The notes beneath the pieces were generated by a model, which searched no databases, was not told where the DNA came from, and worked only from the letters and a program-made list of their open reading frames with translations. A DNA stretch of 64,000 bases from Minisyncoccota bacterium (GTDB lineage Bacteria > Patescibacteriota > Minisyncoccia > Phycocordibacterales > UBA1550): the NCBI GenBank assembly GCA_041660105.1, contig JBAZWZ010000001.1:64523-128522 (forward strand), written 5' to 3'. Positions 1 through 9,403 of this stretch are shown here, piece by piece. The position numbers were made by a program, and so were the translations under genes. How positions within the stretch are numbered: the first letter of the stretch is position 1; each line of letters opens with the position of its first letter.

Positions 1-998
1 ACCATTTGAATCATTACGTTGGGAATCTCTGGGTGCCCCGTAAGAGTAAGAGAGAAAGGAGCCCCTCCTTTTACAGCGATTACCGCCTGAGCAAGGATGT
101 CCTTATAGATTTCATTATCCACAATCTTCGCCGTGATCTCAAGAGAACGAACCATTGAGATACCATTACTCAACATAACATGCATATTGTCGGTGATACG
201 TGACAAGTAGAGCATACGATACAGATTACCAACAAGAGGAAAGGTGAGCTTCAGATGTGCGAGATAGCTCGTCCCTCTCGTTGCACGCCATACCAAAAAT
301 ACTCCGGCAACGAGGATCATCGCCATAAAGACACCGTAGTGCACAATCAAATAACTTACTCCGATCACGACTTTTGTATATATCGGCACCTCTTGCCCAC
401 CCTGCGTGATGATCTCGGAGAGCTTTGGGATCACGAGGGTAAGCATCAAAAGCATCACAATACAAAAGGTACCAATAACAAACAATGGATAAATAAGCGC
501 GCCACGCACTTTGGACACAAGCTCAGATGAACGTTCAAGATAGTCAGCAAGCGCACTAAAAGTCTCTGCGAGCTTTCCCGACTCCTCCCCTCCTATCACC
601 ATATTCACATAAAAATCTGAAAAGAGCGTGGGGTGTTTGAAAAGGGCACCAGAAATAGAAATACCATTTTGAATGTCATCTGAAATTTGTGTAAACTTTT
701 TTGCAACAAGAGGATTCTCTGTTTCCATGGCAATCATACGAAATGTTTTCAAAGCAGAAACATGCGCATCAAGAAGAGTAGCAATCTGTCGCGAAATAAT
801 CGAGACTTCTTTTATTGTGACACGGTTAAAGATATCAATATCTAGGTCAAATAAATTCTTTTTGTCTGCAGCGCGCACGGAAACAACGACAAGCCCGCTC
901 CTTTGAAGCGCGTTGATTGCGGTATCTTGGTTCTGAGCATCAATATTACCTGAAGTCTCTGCCCCCTCTTTTGTAACTGCTTTGTATGCAAATAACAT
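1..998 (-). CDS. pilC: Type IV pilus assembly platform protein PilC/GspF (partial; 3' end lies beyond window start)
   Basis: I translated the minus strand from ATG at 998 with no stop down to position 1. The product is GspF-like with TM segments (…GEESGKLAETF…). The ORF track misses it because the stop is outside the window. It sits with pilT and pilB. Confidence 0.75.
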   Translation of the reverse strand, partial: MLFAYKAVTKEGAETSGNIDAQNQDTAINALQRSGLVVVSVRAADKKNLFDLDIDIFNRVTIKEVSIISRQIATLLDAHVSALKTFRMIAMETENPLVAKKFTQISDDIQNGISISGALFKHPTLFSDFYVNMVIGGEESGKLAETFSALADYLERSSELVSKVRGALIYPLFVIGTFCIVMLLMLTLVIPKLSEIITQGGQEVPIYTKVVIGVSYLIVHYGVFMAMILVAGVFLVWRATRGTSYLAHLKLTFPLVGNLYRMLYLSRITDNMHVMLSNGISMVRSLEITAKIVDNEIYKDILAQAVIAVKGGAPFSLTLTGHPEIPNVMIQM

Positions 999-1166
999 GG
1001 TTGATTTTAACGAGTGCAGCGAGATTTAAATCACCACCCCGTGAGATAATAATATCATAATTATTGATAATTCCATTCTTTCTACTGGTTATTTGCTAGG
1101 AAAAATTTTTGATTCTCCTATCTCACAGGGTAGGAAACTTACATTCGCTACGCTCATTAAATTTCA

Positions 1167-2243
1167 CTAAAGCTGCATCATTCTTTCAAGACCTTTAGGA
1201 TTGAATGAATAGAGGAGTGCATTTTCTGCGGTGATCTCACCTTTTACCACAAGCTCTGACAAACTTCTATTCATATCAATCATCCCATCTTTCATTCCTG
1301 TTTCGATAACAATATCTACCTCGTGTGTGCGTCCTTCGCGAATGAGGCTCGAGATAGCGTTGTTGTTTATAAGGAGCTCATACGCAGGAATGAGCCCTCC
1401 TGATATGCGGGGAATGAGACGCTGAGAGAAAATCCCCACCAAGCTTCCTGCAAGCTGTACGCGAATCTGTGACTGTTGCTCTGCTGGAAATGAGTCGATG
1501 ATACGATCGATAGTTTGTGAAGCGTTGTTGGTATGGAGCGTTGAAAGGACGAGATGACCAGTCTCCGCGGCAGTAACGGCGGTAGAAATCGTTTCTGGAT
1601 CGCGCATTTCTCCAATCATAATAACGTCAACGTCTTGACGAAATACTGCCTGAAGTCCAGTTTTGAAATCATTGGTATCTAGTCCCACCTCACGTTGGTC
1701 GATGATAGACTTTTGTGAGTTGAACAAGTACTCAATAGGATCCTCAATGGTCACGATATGCTCAGCGCGCTCGCGGTTGATAAGCTCAACCATTGAAGCA
1801 AGCGTAGTGGACTTACCCTGCCCTACTGGCCCCACCACAAGGAAAAATCCCTGCTTCTTCCTTGTGAACATCTCAAGGATGGGAGGAAGGTTGAGCTCGC
1901 TAATAGTCTTGACCTGTGCGGCAATAGCACGAAGTGCGATACCTACTGCGCCTTTTTGATAAAAAGCATTTCCACGGAAACGACCCTTGTTATAAAATTC
2001 ATATGAAAAATCTATTTCCTTGTTTTCGAGAAAACGCTTCATAAATGCAGGCGAAACAATCTCAGCGAGCATCCCCATCGTGTCCTCTGGGGTAAGAACG
2101 GAGAGATTCATAAGCGGAACCAGCCCTCCTGAAGTTCGAAACGTAGGATAGTGCCCTGCGGCAAGATGAATATCCGACGCGCCATCAGAAATAGCGCGCA
2201 TAATTAATACTTCAATTTCTTCTTTGTAATTTCTGCTGGTCAT
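1167..2243 (-). CDS. pilT: Twitching motility ATPase PilT
   Basis: 358 aa. Walker A is GPVGQGKST and the PilT/GspE motif is HIVTIEDPIEY. Confidence 0.9.
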   Translation of the reverse strand: MTSRNYKEEIEVLIMRAISDGASDIHLAAGHYPTFRTSGGLVPLMNLSVLTPEDTMGMLAEIVSPAFMKRFLENKEIDFSYEFYNKGRFRGNAFYQKGAVGIALRAIAAQVKTISELNLPPILEMFTRKKQGFFLVVGPVGQGKSTTLASMVELINRERAEHIVTIEDPIEYLFNSQKSIIDQREVGLDTNDFKTGLQAVFRQDVDVIMIGEMRDPETISTAVTAAETGHLVLSTLHTNNASQTIDRIIDSFPAEQQSQIRVQLAGSLVGIFSQRLIPRISGGLIPAYELLINNNAISSLIREGRTHEVDIVIETGMKDGMIDMNRSLSELVVKGEITAENALLYSFNPKGLERMMQL

Positions 2244-2263
2244 TTTGTTTTATTATACCATTT

Positions 2264-2400
2264 CTAATTAACTCTTGCACAAAGACCCCCAAGAATTTTG
2301 GGCGAGACAAGAAGAAAAATGCGAGTCATATTGAAATATGTCAAACATTTTTCTTGAAGTCGTAGCCAAAATTCTTAGGGGATTGTGCATAGGTTAATTA
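2264..2400. repeat. About 137-bp near-perfect nested hairpin with about 38-bp imperfect terminal inverted repeats (MITE-like), in the RR–pilT intergenic region
   Basis: Left arm is ctaattaactcttgcacaaagacccccaagaattttggg. The reverse complement of the right arm is ctaattaacctatgcacaatcccctaagaattttggc. Inner palindromes are caagaagaaaaatg/catttttcttgaag and catatt..aatatg. Confidence 0.6.
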
Positions 2401-2413
2401 GAAAGGGTATTAT

Positions 2414-2827
2414 TTATACAACATTTGCAAACAAATTCTCTCCGCACAGAACAATCGTGGCTTTTTCTACAACTTCTGCTGGGGTTGCTGAGGCTTTTAT
2501 AATGTATCCATGTGCCCCGAGACTGCGCCCGCGCTCAATGTCTGAGGGTTGACCAAGATTTGAGAGCATAACTATTTTACAGCTTGGAGCGAGGTTTTCT
2601 TTTTTAATGACCGCAAGAAGCTCAAACCCATCCATTGTCGGCATCACCACATCAAGAAGGAGAAGGTCGGGAATGTTACCTTCTTTTAATCTAGTAAGTG
2701 CATCAATACTTCCAACGGCTTGTGTGACCTCAAATCCCTGCTCTGCAAATTTCACCGTGTACATATCAAGAAGATACTTGTCGTCATCGATAATAAATAT
2801 TTTCTTTAGTGTCTTACAGGACTCCAT
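2414..2827 (-). CDS. Stand-alone response-regulator receiver domain protein (CheY-like)
   Basis: Motifs are IIDDD…, DLLLLDVVMPTMDGFELL and the conserved K in IVMLSNLGQ. The likely start is MESCKT at 2827. It is paralogous to 62984..63361. Confidence 0.85.
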   Translation of the reverse strand: MESCKTLKKIFIIDDDKYLLDMYTVKFAEQGFEVTQAVGSIDALTRLKEGNIPDLLLLDVVMPTMDGFELLAVIKKENLAPSCKIVMLSNLGQPSDIERGRSLGAHGYIIKASATPAEVVEKATIVLCGENLFANVV

Positions 2828-2838
2828 TTCAATAGTAT

Positions 2839-2947
2839 ACCACTGACCACTGACAACTGACAACTGACAAAAATACAATGTACACAGAGATACGCTGGTT
2901 TGCCTTTGGCAAACCAGCGTATCTTGGTCAGTTGTCAGTTGTTCCCC
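2839..2947. repeat. Heptamer-flanked hairpin element (copy 1)
   Basis: There are four tandem (C/A)ACTGAC heptamers, then a perfect 16-bp hairpin (gatacgctggtttgcc tttg gcaaaccagcgtatc), then two GTCAGTT heptamers inverted. The architecture matches 37243..37356. Confidence 0.6.
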
Positions 2948-2954
2948 AGTTTCC

Positions 2955-4679
2955 CTACAGCGTATTCATCTCCTTAAAAGGCACCAGCCCATCCATACTT
3001 TTCAAAATTGCATCTTCTTTCATGGTAAGCATCCCTTTCTTGCGGGCAGTATCATAAATAGTGACTTCCGTTGGGTCCGCCAAAATTATTTTTTGTATAT
3101 CTCTGTCCACCGAGAATACCTCAAAGACTGGCAATCGTCCTCGCGTCCCCGATGTACACTCAGAAGATGGGGTAGCCTCATTGAGAGACCTGGTGAGGTT
3201 AAGTGCTGGTTTAAGATTCTCAGGAAAATCCCTAAACTGTTTTTCTACCATTATTTTAATAGCGCCTTCGTCATCAATAGCACGAGCGCCTTCTGGGCAA
3301 ATCTTTTTGACCAAGCGCTGAGCAACAGAAAGTATGAGTGTAGGCGCAATCAAGTATGGGTCCACCCCCATATCAACAAGTCGTGGTATCGCTCCAATGG
3401 CAGTGTTGGTGTGAAGCGTCGAAAGCACGAGGTGTCCTGTAAGTGCCGCCTGGATGGCAAGCTGTGCTGTCTCCGCATCACGAATCTCTCCAACCATAAT
3501 TATATCAGGGTCCTGTCGAAGGGTCGTACGAAGACCCGTTGCAAATGTATAACCTATCTCAGGTCTCATCTGAGACTGCGTAATCCCCCCAATATTGTAT
3601 TCAACAGGGTCCTCAAGGGTAACAATATTTTTTGTTTCTTTGTCGAGCTCATTCATCATAGAATAGAGCGTCGTAGACTTACCCGATCCCGTAGGTCCCG
3701 TAATAAGGATGATGCCGTATGGACGCGCAAGGGCACTGCGTACCAGCGCGAGGTGTTCGGGCCGAAATCCGATATCATCAAGTGTTTGAACTCCTTTTTG
3801 GGTGTCGAGAATACGCATTACCACTTTTTCTCCATAAAATGCAGGAAACGTAGACACGCGAAAGTCAATTTTGCGCCCATCAATACGTGCGGAGAAACGA
3901 CCGTCCTGTGGTTTTCTCTTTTCATCAAGTTTGAGCGATGCGAGAATCTTAATACGCGCTACGACAGAATTGTGCACTTCTGAAGGTAAGACGAGACTTG
4001 TAAAGAGAGCACCGTCAACACGAAAACGCACCCTTACGCTTTCTCCAGTATGTTCGATGTGTACATCTGATGCACCCCCCTCTGTAGCATGACGCAGTAT
4101 CACCGCAGTAATTTTGGCGACAGGAGCATCTGCAACTACACGAGCCTCTTTTTTTGCGTCACTACTTGATGCTTCTTTGCCTCCTTTTATTAATACTGAT
4201 TTATCTACTTCGTTGATATCAACCTCAAGTTCTGAGAGTGCTTTTGTGACCTCACCCGTCATTCCTCGATAGCTTTCGAGAATTACCTTCAGATCATCTT
4301 CAGATATCAGGAATATTTTGAATGGCATTCCCAACTTCGTCGCAATAAACTGCAGTGCGTCACGTGCCTCAATATTTTCTGGATCAATGATGCCAATTTC
4401 GAGAACCTCATCCATTACACCAATAGGAGCAAAGTGATAATACGAAGCAGAATCTTCAGGAATATATTTTAAAATTTCGAAATCAACGCCCTTTCCTTTT
4501 AGGTCGCGGATAGGAAGATTGTAATAAAATCCTTTTCCCTTTAATATATCTTCTTTTGTCACCCCAGCGCCTGTGAGTACTTCGTCGAGCTTTGCTCCTT
4601 CACTGAGTCGCTTCGAAAGCTCAGGAATTGATTCCTTGTTCAATATTCCATGGAGTATAAATGTATCAAGTATTGCCAT
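2955..4679 (-). CDS. pilB: Type IV pilus assembly ATPase PilB/GspE
   Basis: 574 aa. It has a GspE N-terminal domain, Walker A GPTGSGKST and TLEDPVEY. Confidence 0.9.
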   Translation of the reverse strand: MAILDTFILHGILNKESIPELSKRLSEGAKLDEVLTGAGVTKEDILKGKGFYYNLPIRDLKGKGVDFEILKYIPEDSASYYHFAPIGVMDEVLEIGIIDPENIEARDALQFIATKLGMPFKIFLISEDDLKVILESYRGMTGEVTKALSELEVDINEVDKSVLIKGGKEASSSDAKKEARVVADAPVAKITAVILRHATEGGASDVHIEHTGESVRVRFRVDGALFTSLVLPSEVHNSVVARIKILASLKLDEKRKPQDGRFSARIDGRKIDFRVSTFPAFYGEKVVMRILDTQKGVQTLDDIGFRPEHLALVRSALARPYGIILITGPTGSGKSTTLYSMMNELDKETKNIVTLEDPVEYNIGGITQSQMRPEIGYTFATGLRTTLRQDPDIIMVGEIRDAETAQLAIQAALTGHLVLSTLHTNTAIGAIPRLVDMGVDPYLIAPTLILSVAQRLVKKICPEGARAIDDEGAIKIMVEKQFRDFPENLKPALNLTRSLNEATPSSECTSGTRGRLPVFEVFSVDRDIQKIILADPTEVTIYDTARKKGMLTMKEDAILKSMDGLVPFKEMNTL

Positions 4680-4684
4680 AATGA

Positions 4685-5143
4685 TTAGATACCAGAACTA
4701 GGTGGGGTAGCAGGAGTTTGCCCATTCGAAGGAGATGTTGTCTCTGATGCGGGGGTAACAGTATTCGTACCTGAAGAGAGGCTACTTGTCATATTTATTT
4801 TCCATACGGTAGGGACGAATGGATTGGCTCTTCCAACTGATTCTTCTGGAATTACTACAGAAAAATCTCGTAAATTTTTGAATGCAGGCAATTCAAAAAC
4901 CACGTTCGAATTTGCTACCGCTTTTGCTAAGTCATTGAGGTTCCCCACCGTGGTATCAATTTGAGCACCCATCAGAGCAGTCTCTTCTGCAATTTGAGCG
5001 ACAGATGAGGCTGAGGAAGATATACTACTTACAACAGGGATTTCATTCTTAACAAAAACAGAGTATGCCGCAACGATGACTCCTATCACCACACACGCGG
5101 TTAGGATATTCACAATGAGTGTTTTTGTTTGTTCTGATTTCAT
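4685..5143 (-). CDS. Hypothetical membrane-anchored protein with S/T-rich tail, likely pilus-assembly associated
   Basis: It has an N-terminal TM and sits between pilO-like and pilB in the same operon. Confidence 0.4.
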   Translation of the reverse strand: MKSEQTKTLIVNILTACVVIGVIVAAYSVFVKNEIPVVSSISSSASSVAQIAEETALMGAQIDTTVGNLNDLAKAVANSNVVFELPAFKNLRDFSVVIPEESVGRANPFVPTVWKINMTSSLSSGTNTVTPASETTSPSNGQTPATPPSSGI

Positions 5144-5147
5144 AAAA

Positions 5148-5837
5148 TTATTGTAGTGAATAAGTTTCTATGGTCATAGTAAACTGATAATTTTGAGTTG
5201 CTGGGTTTTTCGACTTTTTTTCATCAGTAGCGTCTGCCCCTGGCGCAAACGAAAGTGAGGTTACATTGAAAAGTCCCAAACTTCTTTCAAGGTCGTTTAG
5301 GAAAAGCTGAAATGTTTCAAAAGTGGTCGTAAACCCAAAAGATGCCTTGGTTGCGACATATTTTTTACCTGATACTGCATTGACGCCTGCTGTGGTAGTG
5401 TTGGCTTCAATCCCCGCCACCTGGTCGATTTTTGCTCCCAATGAAACCGAGTCCACAAGACCTTTCACCGCTCCATTGAGCCCAACCAAGGGGCTCATTG
5501 TTTGTTTCCCTTGAGCTGCACCTTCTACTTTAATATCCGACAAAACAATCCTGTCATTTCTGCTCAAAGCTTGAAGATTGTTCGCCAAACGAATAGGATC
5601 AATTGTTGTTGGGAGAAATACTTCAAAACGGGACAAAACCTCGGGGTCAATACTGTTTAGATTTTCCTTTGTTTGCTCTATCAACGTCTTGATTTCGCCC
5701 GAAGTGCTGAGGATTTTTGTGAGAAACCGGATGTCTCCCTGACGTGCTTTATTATAATCATATGCAGGAACAACATAAAAAAGCGCAAACCCTATTGAGA
5801 GGAGGAGGACAATGAATGAAAAGATTGGTTTAGTCAT
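5148..5837 (-). CDS. PilO-like pilus assembly protein
   Basis: It has an N-terminal TM and a periplasmic domain. The call rests on position in the pilM-N-O order. Confidence 0.4.
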   Translation of the reverse strand: MTKPIFSFIVLLLSIGFALFYVVPAYDYNKARQGDIRFLTKILSTSGEIKTLIEQTKENLNSIDPEVLSRFEVFLPTTIDPIRLANNLQALSRNDRIVLSDIKVEGAAQGKQTMSPLVGLNGAVKGLVDSVSLGAKIDQVAGIEANTTTAGVNAVSGKKYVATKASFGFTTTFETFQLFLNDLERSLGLFNVTSLSFAPGADATDEKKSKNPATQNYQFTMTIETYSLQ

Positions 5838-5846
5838 AATAATATA

Positions 5847-6764
5847 TTACCAAAATTTAAGCTTCGACCAGAATCTCTGCAGGAAAGATTGTTCCGCAAA
5901 AACTGTTGTCGTAGCTGTGGTGGCTTCACTGCTTGAGGTCGTAGCAGTATCTGCTGAGACACTTTCCAGAGTATCACTTGAAGGAGTATTTGCATTGGTA
6001 GAGGGCGATGTTGTACTTATTCTTGAATCAAAAATTAGAGAGCTTGTTGATGACTCGGAGGTCGTAGTTGCTTGAAGAGAAGGAGTAAGAGTTGAAATTT
6101 CTCCTCCTACATTAAGCGTGGGGGTAATAGTATTTGATGGCGCAACAGACTGAGACACTACAACCTCTGAACTGTTAAGGTTCTTCGTGTACAACAAATA
6201 ATCAGGACGAAACGTTAGTGTTAGACTAAACAATATCGTCCCAAATTCAGTGAGACCGACGCCGTCAACAGAAACACCGGTTAGTTCTTTATTTTTACTT
6301 CTAAGAACATCGGCTTGATAAGCGAGCGCTGCGTATGTTGGTGCCTCCCCTGAGACATTCACTACGGTACCATCTGAGCCAGATACAAAACTAAAATTTT
6401 TGTACAAGACACTCCCGATGGTATTCTGTGAGAGAAATGTGAATACAGGCGAAACAACAGTGTGGGCATTGAGGAGCTGCCGTGCGAGGTCGGCGCGCGC
6501 GCGAAACATCTGTGCCTCAGCTACTTCAGGAGCATCACTAAATTCTTTCTGCGCTGATTTTATTTCATCCTTTTTTTGCGCGACGAGATTATTAAGTGAA
6601 TCATTATAATAGAGTAATGACACATAGGCAGCCACCGTTATAACAAACACAAAAATCGCAATAATACCGATTACGCTGCGAGGACGACTCCTCTCCAAAA
6701 AAGAATCCTGATGAACAAGTGATCCTTTTGGAATAAACGAGACTTTTGGGTTAGTGCCATCCAT
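5847..6764 (-). CDS. PilN-like pilus assembly protein with Ser/Thr-rich C-terminus
   Basis: It has a short cytoplasmic N-terminus, one TM and a coiled-coil, and lies immediately downstream of pilM. Confidence 0.4.
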   Translation of the reverse strand: MDGTNPKVSFIPKGSLVHQDSFLERSRPRSVIGIIAIFVFVITVAAYVSLLYYNDSLNNLVAQKKDEIKSAQKEFSDAPEVAEAQMFRARADLARQLLNAHTVVSPVFTFLSQNTIGSVLYKNFSFVSGSDGTVVNVSGEAPTYAALAYQADVLRSKNKELTGVSVDGVGLTEFGTILFSLTLTFRPDYLLYTKNLNSSEVVVSQSVAPSNTITPTLNVGGEISTLTPSLQATTTSESSTSSLIFDSRISTTSPSTNANTPSSDTLESVSADTATTSSSEATTATTTVFAEQSFLQRFWSKLKFW

Positions 6765-6795
6765 AATGTTGTCCTTATTATACCATACTAAACAG

Positions 6796-7926
6796 CTATT
6801 CTTCTAGCCCTTTTAGTGCGAGTCCTACAGCTACGCCAAAATCTGGGCTAATCTCCTTAAGTGTGGAGGCAAGAAATGCGGGCGTGTCGAGTCGAACGAA
6901 GGGATCTCCCACAACAACTGTTGAGTGTGTAAAATTTTTAGCAACAATCTTTTCTATTCCTTTGAGTCGTGCTCCACCGCCAACCAAAATTACCTTTATT
7001 ATTTTGGTGCCATACTTATTTTCATAATTTTCAGCGAAGCGCGAAGCTTCATTCATAATATTCGCAAGGAGAAGCTCTGCTACCGTGTTCACGTCACGAC
7101 CCTCTTCTTCACCTAATATTCCTACACGACACTTTATTTCTTCTGCTTGGTCGAAAGTGATTCCTCGTGAGCGTGAGAGATTGAGGGTGATATCTTGCCC
7201 CCCCATTGATATCACGTGGGAACCACGCACCACTCCTTCGTCGACGAGGGCGAGCTTTGTACTTCCTGCGCCAATATCGATAACAAGAAAAGGAGCCAAG
7301 TCGCGCCCCACCACCGCGCGCAGTGTGCTAAATATTTCAATTTCAAAATGAGACTGCTCGCCAGGGATCAGCGCATCACGCTTTATTGTTTCATACTTAC
7401 CAATAACCTCATTATGAATCGCCGCAATAATAACTTCTATTTTACCGACTGTTTTTGCTACGGGACTTGAGGGTGTTGAAACAACAGCCTTCTCTCCTGC
7501 TTTTCGTTTTGGCAATATCCACCAATCGAGTGAGACTTCGGTGATGGGGACTGGAATATAGCGACGTGCCTCAAGAGGAATCATTGATTCGAGTTCTTTT
7601 TTCCCCACATCAGGAAGTTCAACAACCGCAAGAAGGCTAGCACTAAATGGGATTGCGATGAGAGTGTGATGGGCAGTAATCCCTGTTTCTCTCAACAGGT
7701 CATGAAGTGCCTCAGCGACTTTTTGAGGAGGAAGATTTGTTGCTTGACCTACCGCAACTCCCGCACGAGGACCGAGCGCAATCTCTCCATAATTTCGCAA
7801 CACTACTTTCTCTTCAACCTTTTCAATAAGAACAACCTTAATAGAAGAGGACCCAATATCAATACCAAGGATAGCTCCCTTGTGCCCCGATGAAAAAACA
7901 CCTTTGAATGAATCTAAGAACGCCAT
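6796..7926 (-). CDS. pilM: Type IV pilus assembly protein PilM (actin-like ATPase)
   Basis: It carries the ILGIDIGSSSIKVV actin-fold phosphate-1 motif. The likely start is MAFLDS at 7926. Confidence 0.8.
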   Translation of the reverse strand: MAFLDSFKGVFSSGHKGAILGIDIGSSSIKVVLIEKVEEKVVLRNYGEIALGPRAGVAVGQATNLPPQKVAEALHDLLRETGITAHHTLIAIPFSASLLAVVELPDVGKKELESMIPLEARRYIPVPITEVSLDWWILPKRKAGEKAVVSTPSSPVAKTVGKIEVIIAAIHNEVIGKYETIKRDALIPGEQSHFEIEIFSTLRAVVGRDLAPFLVIDIGAGSTKLALVDEGVVRGSHVISMGGQDITLNLSRSRGITFDQAEEIKCRVGILGEEEGRDVNTVAELLLANIMNEASRFAENYENKYGTKIIKVILVGGGARLKGIEKIVAKNFTHSTVVVGDPFVRLDTPAFLASTLKEISPDFGVAVGLALKGLEE

Positions 7927-7975
7927 ATTGTTATATAATACTGCATATATGATTTGTATACAATCAATTATCCCC

Positions 7976-8635
7976 ATGCGACTACTTTTATCTTTATTTA
8001 ATATAGCACTTGATATTTTATTCCCCCAAGTATGCGTGGGGTGCAAGAAAAATGGCACACCACTTTGTGAAAAGTGCCTTGATGCTATTCCTGTGGCGCG
8101 TGCCCCCGAATATGCATTTATATCCAGTATTTTAGACTATCGTAGCCCTGCAATCAGAAAATTAATTTGGCAGTTTAAATATAAGAACGCGAGAAGGGTT
8201 GCCAAATGCTTTGGTGAGAAACTCTACGAAGATATTATTGCCGGACTCGGCGAGGATTTATTTATTTCAAAAAAAGAGACATTTTTGCTCGTCCCCATCC
8301 CCCTCCACAAAAAGAGGTTACGCGAACGCGGGTACAACCAAAGCGAACTTCTCGCGCGCGAGATACAAAAATATGACACAGAGGAAATACTTGAACTCTC
8401 GCCGAAAGCGCTCGTACGCACTCGGGCAACCAACGCGCAGGCGAAAAAAGAAAAACGTTTGGCACGATTTGAAAATCTTCGTGGCGCATTTGCTGCAGAT
8501 CCAAAACTCGTACACAGAAGAAATATTATTCTTATTGATGACGTCACAACTACAGGAGCAACACTCGCCGAGGCGCGGAAGGTGCTCTTGAAAGCTGGTG
8601 CGCGCAGTGTGAAAGCATGGACAGTGGCGCACTAG
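7976..8635 (+). CDS. comF: ComF-family phosphoribosyltransferase (competence protein F)
   Basis: It has an N-terminal Cys4 zinc finger (CVGCKK…CEKC) and a PRTase motif (ILIDDVTTTGATL). Confidence 0.8.
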   Translation: MRLLLSLFNIALDILFPQVCVGCKKNGTPLCEKCLDAIPVARAPEYAFISSILDYRSPAIRKLIWQFKYKNARRVAKCFGEKLYEDIIAGLGEDLFISKKETFLLVPIPLHKKRLRERGYNQSELLAREIQKYDTEEILELSPKALVRTRATNAQAKKEKRLARFENLRGAFAADPKLVHRRNIILIDDVTTTGATLAEARKVLLKAGARSVKAWTVAH

Positions 8636-8718
8636 AGAAAATTCGTGCTTGTTCGAATCCCTCCGTCTCGCGCAAAACATTAGGGGCGCAATGCTTTCGC
8701 ATTGCGCCCCTTGTTTTG

Positions 8719-8806
8719 CGGAGACGGTGGGATTCGAACCCACGAGAGTATTGCTACCCTGCCTCGTTAGCAGTGAGGTGCCTTCGGCCAGCTCAGCCAC
8801 ATCTCC
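8719..8806 (-). tRNA. tRNA-Ser (anticodon GCU), long variable arm
   Basis: The reverse complement is GGAGATGTGGCTGAGCTGGCCGAAGGCACCTCACTGCTAACGAGG…GGTTCGAATCCCACCGTCTCC. The anticodon loop is CTGCTAA. The gene is 88 nt. Confidence 0.8.
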
Positions 8807-8852
8807 TTTTGAACAAAGTTACCTTATCATATTTTGACTCGTTTTACTACAG

Positions 8853-8878
8853 TAAAAAAGCCCCAACAAATCGGGGCT
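8853..8878 (-). terminator. Intrinsic terminator (minus strand) after 8893..9309
   Basis: Stem GCCCC…GGGGC, followed on the minus strand by TTTTTT. Confidence 0.55.
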
Positions 8879-8892
8879 TTGACCAACAAAGG

Positions 8893-9309
8893 TCATTGGA
8901 CGCATATGCGCTTTTTTTCTTGTTCACGGATTATGCGATTCCGCCGCTTCGCTTTTTTGGCGTGAATCTTGCGGGGGCAATCGTTTACCGAGAAATCGCG
9001 ATATCTGTTCCTTTGATAACGTCGTACCAAGCAATCCTTCACAGGGTCGACGGGCACTTTTTTACCAGACATGAAACTCGGGGCGAAGTCCTCGCTATCA
9101 ACGAGGTAATACTTTGCGCGGGCGGAAACATCGTCGTAACGATTCCCGAGTTGAATACACATGAAAAAGAAGGGGTTATCGACTCCACAAAAGATGTGGC
9201 CGTTTTTTACCGCAACTGCTGCATATGGACCTTGGGGCATTTGCTTCTCCTTGTCGTTTGGTTGTTCGTATGCTGAGTTTTCAGCATTTCTGAAGATATA
9301 ATAGCACAT
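8893..9309 (-). CDS. Hypothetical protein with basic C-terminus
   Basis: 138-aa ORF followed by a terminator. I did not recognise a family. Confidence 0.35.
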   Translation of the reverse strand: MCYYIFRNAENSAYEQPNDKEKQMPQGPYAAVAVKNGHIFCGVDNPFFFMCIQLGNRYDDVSARAKYYLVDSEDFAPSFMSGKKVPVDPVKDCLVRRYQRNRYRDFSVNDCPRKIHAKKAKRRNRIIREQEKKRICVQ

Positions 9310-9387
9310 TTGTAGAAAAAGTCAATACCTTTATCCCCATTTTCCACTAAAATCCCAACAAATGCTGGACATTTTTTGAATTTTTAT

Positions 9388-9396
9388 GTGTATAAT
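9388..9396 (+). promoter_or_regulatory. Extended -10 (TGtTATAAT) abutting the pgsA-like start; implies a leaderless mRNA
   Basis: tgtgTATAATaatacctATG. The -10 element ends 7 nt before ATG at 9404. Confidence 0.4.
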
Positions 9397-9403
9397 AATA
9401 CCT

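Noticed and set aside
226-906. Short ORFs 226..465, 255..530 and 673..906.
   Set aside because: All lie inside the continuous pilC reading frame on the minus strand, which the ORF track omits because its stop is outside the window.
3093-3983. 296-aa plus-strand ORF.
   Set aside because: It is entirely antisense within pilB. It is Arg/Cys-rich with no motifs.
8617-9276. 219-aa plus-strand ORF.
   Set aside because: It overlaps tRNA-Ser and is antisense to the 8893..9309 gene and its terminator.
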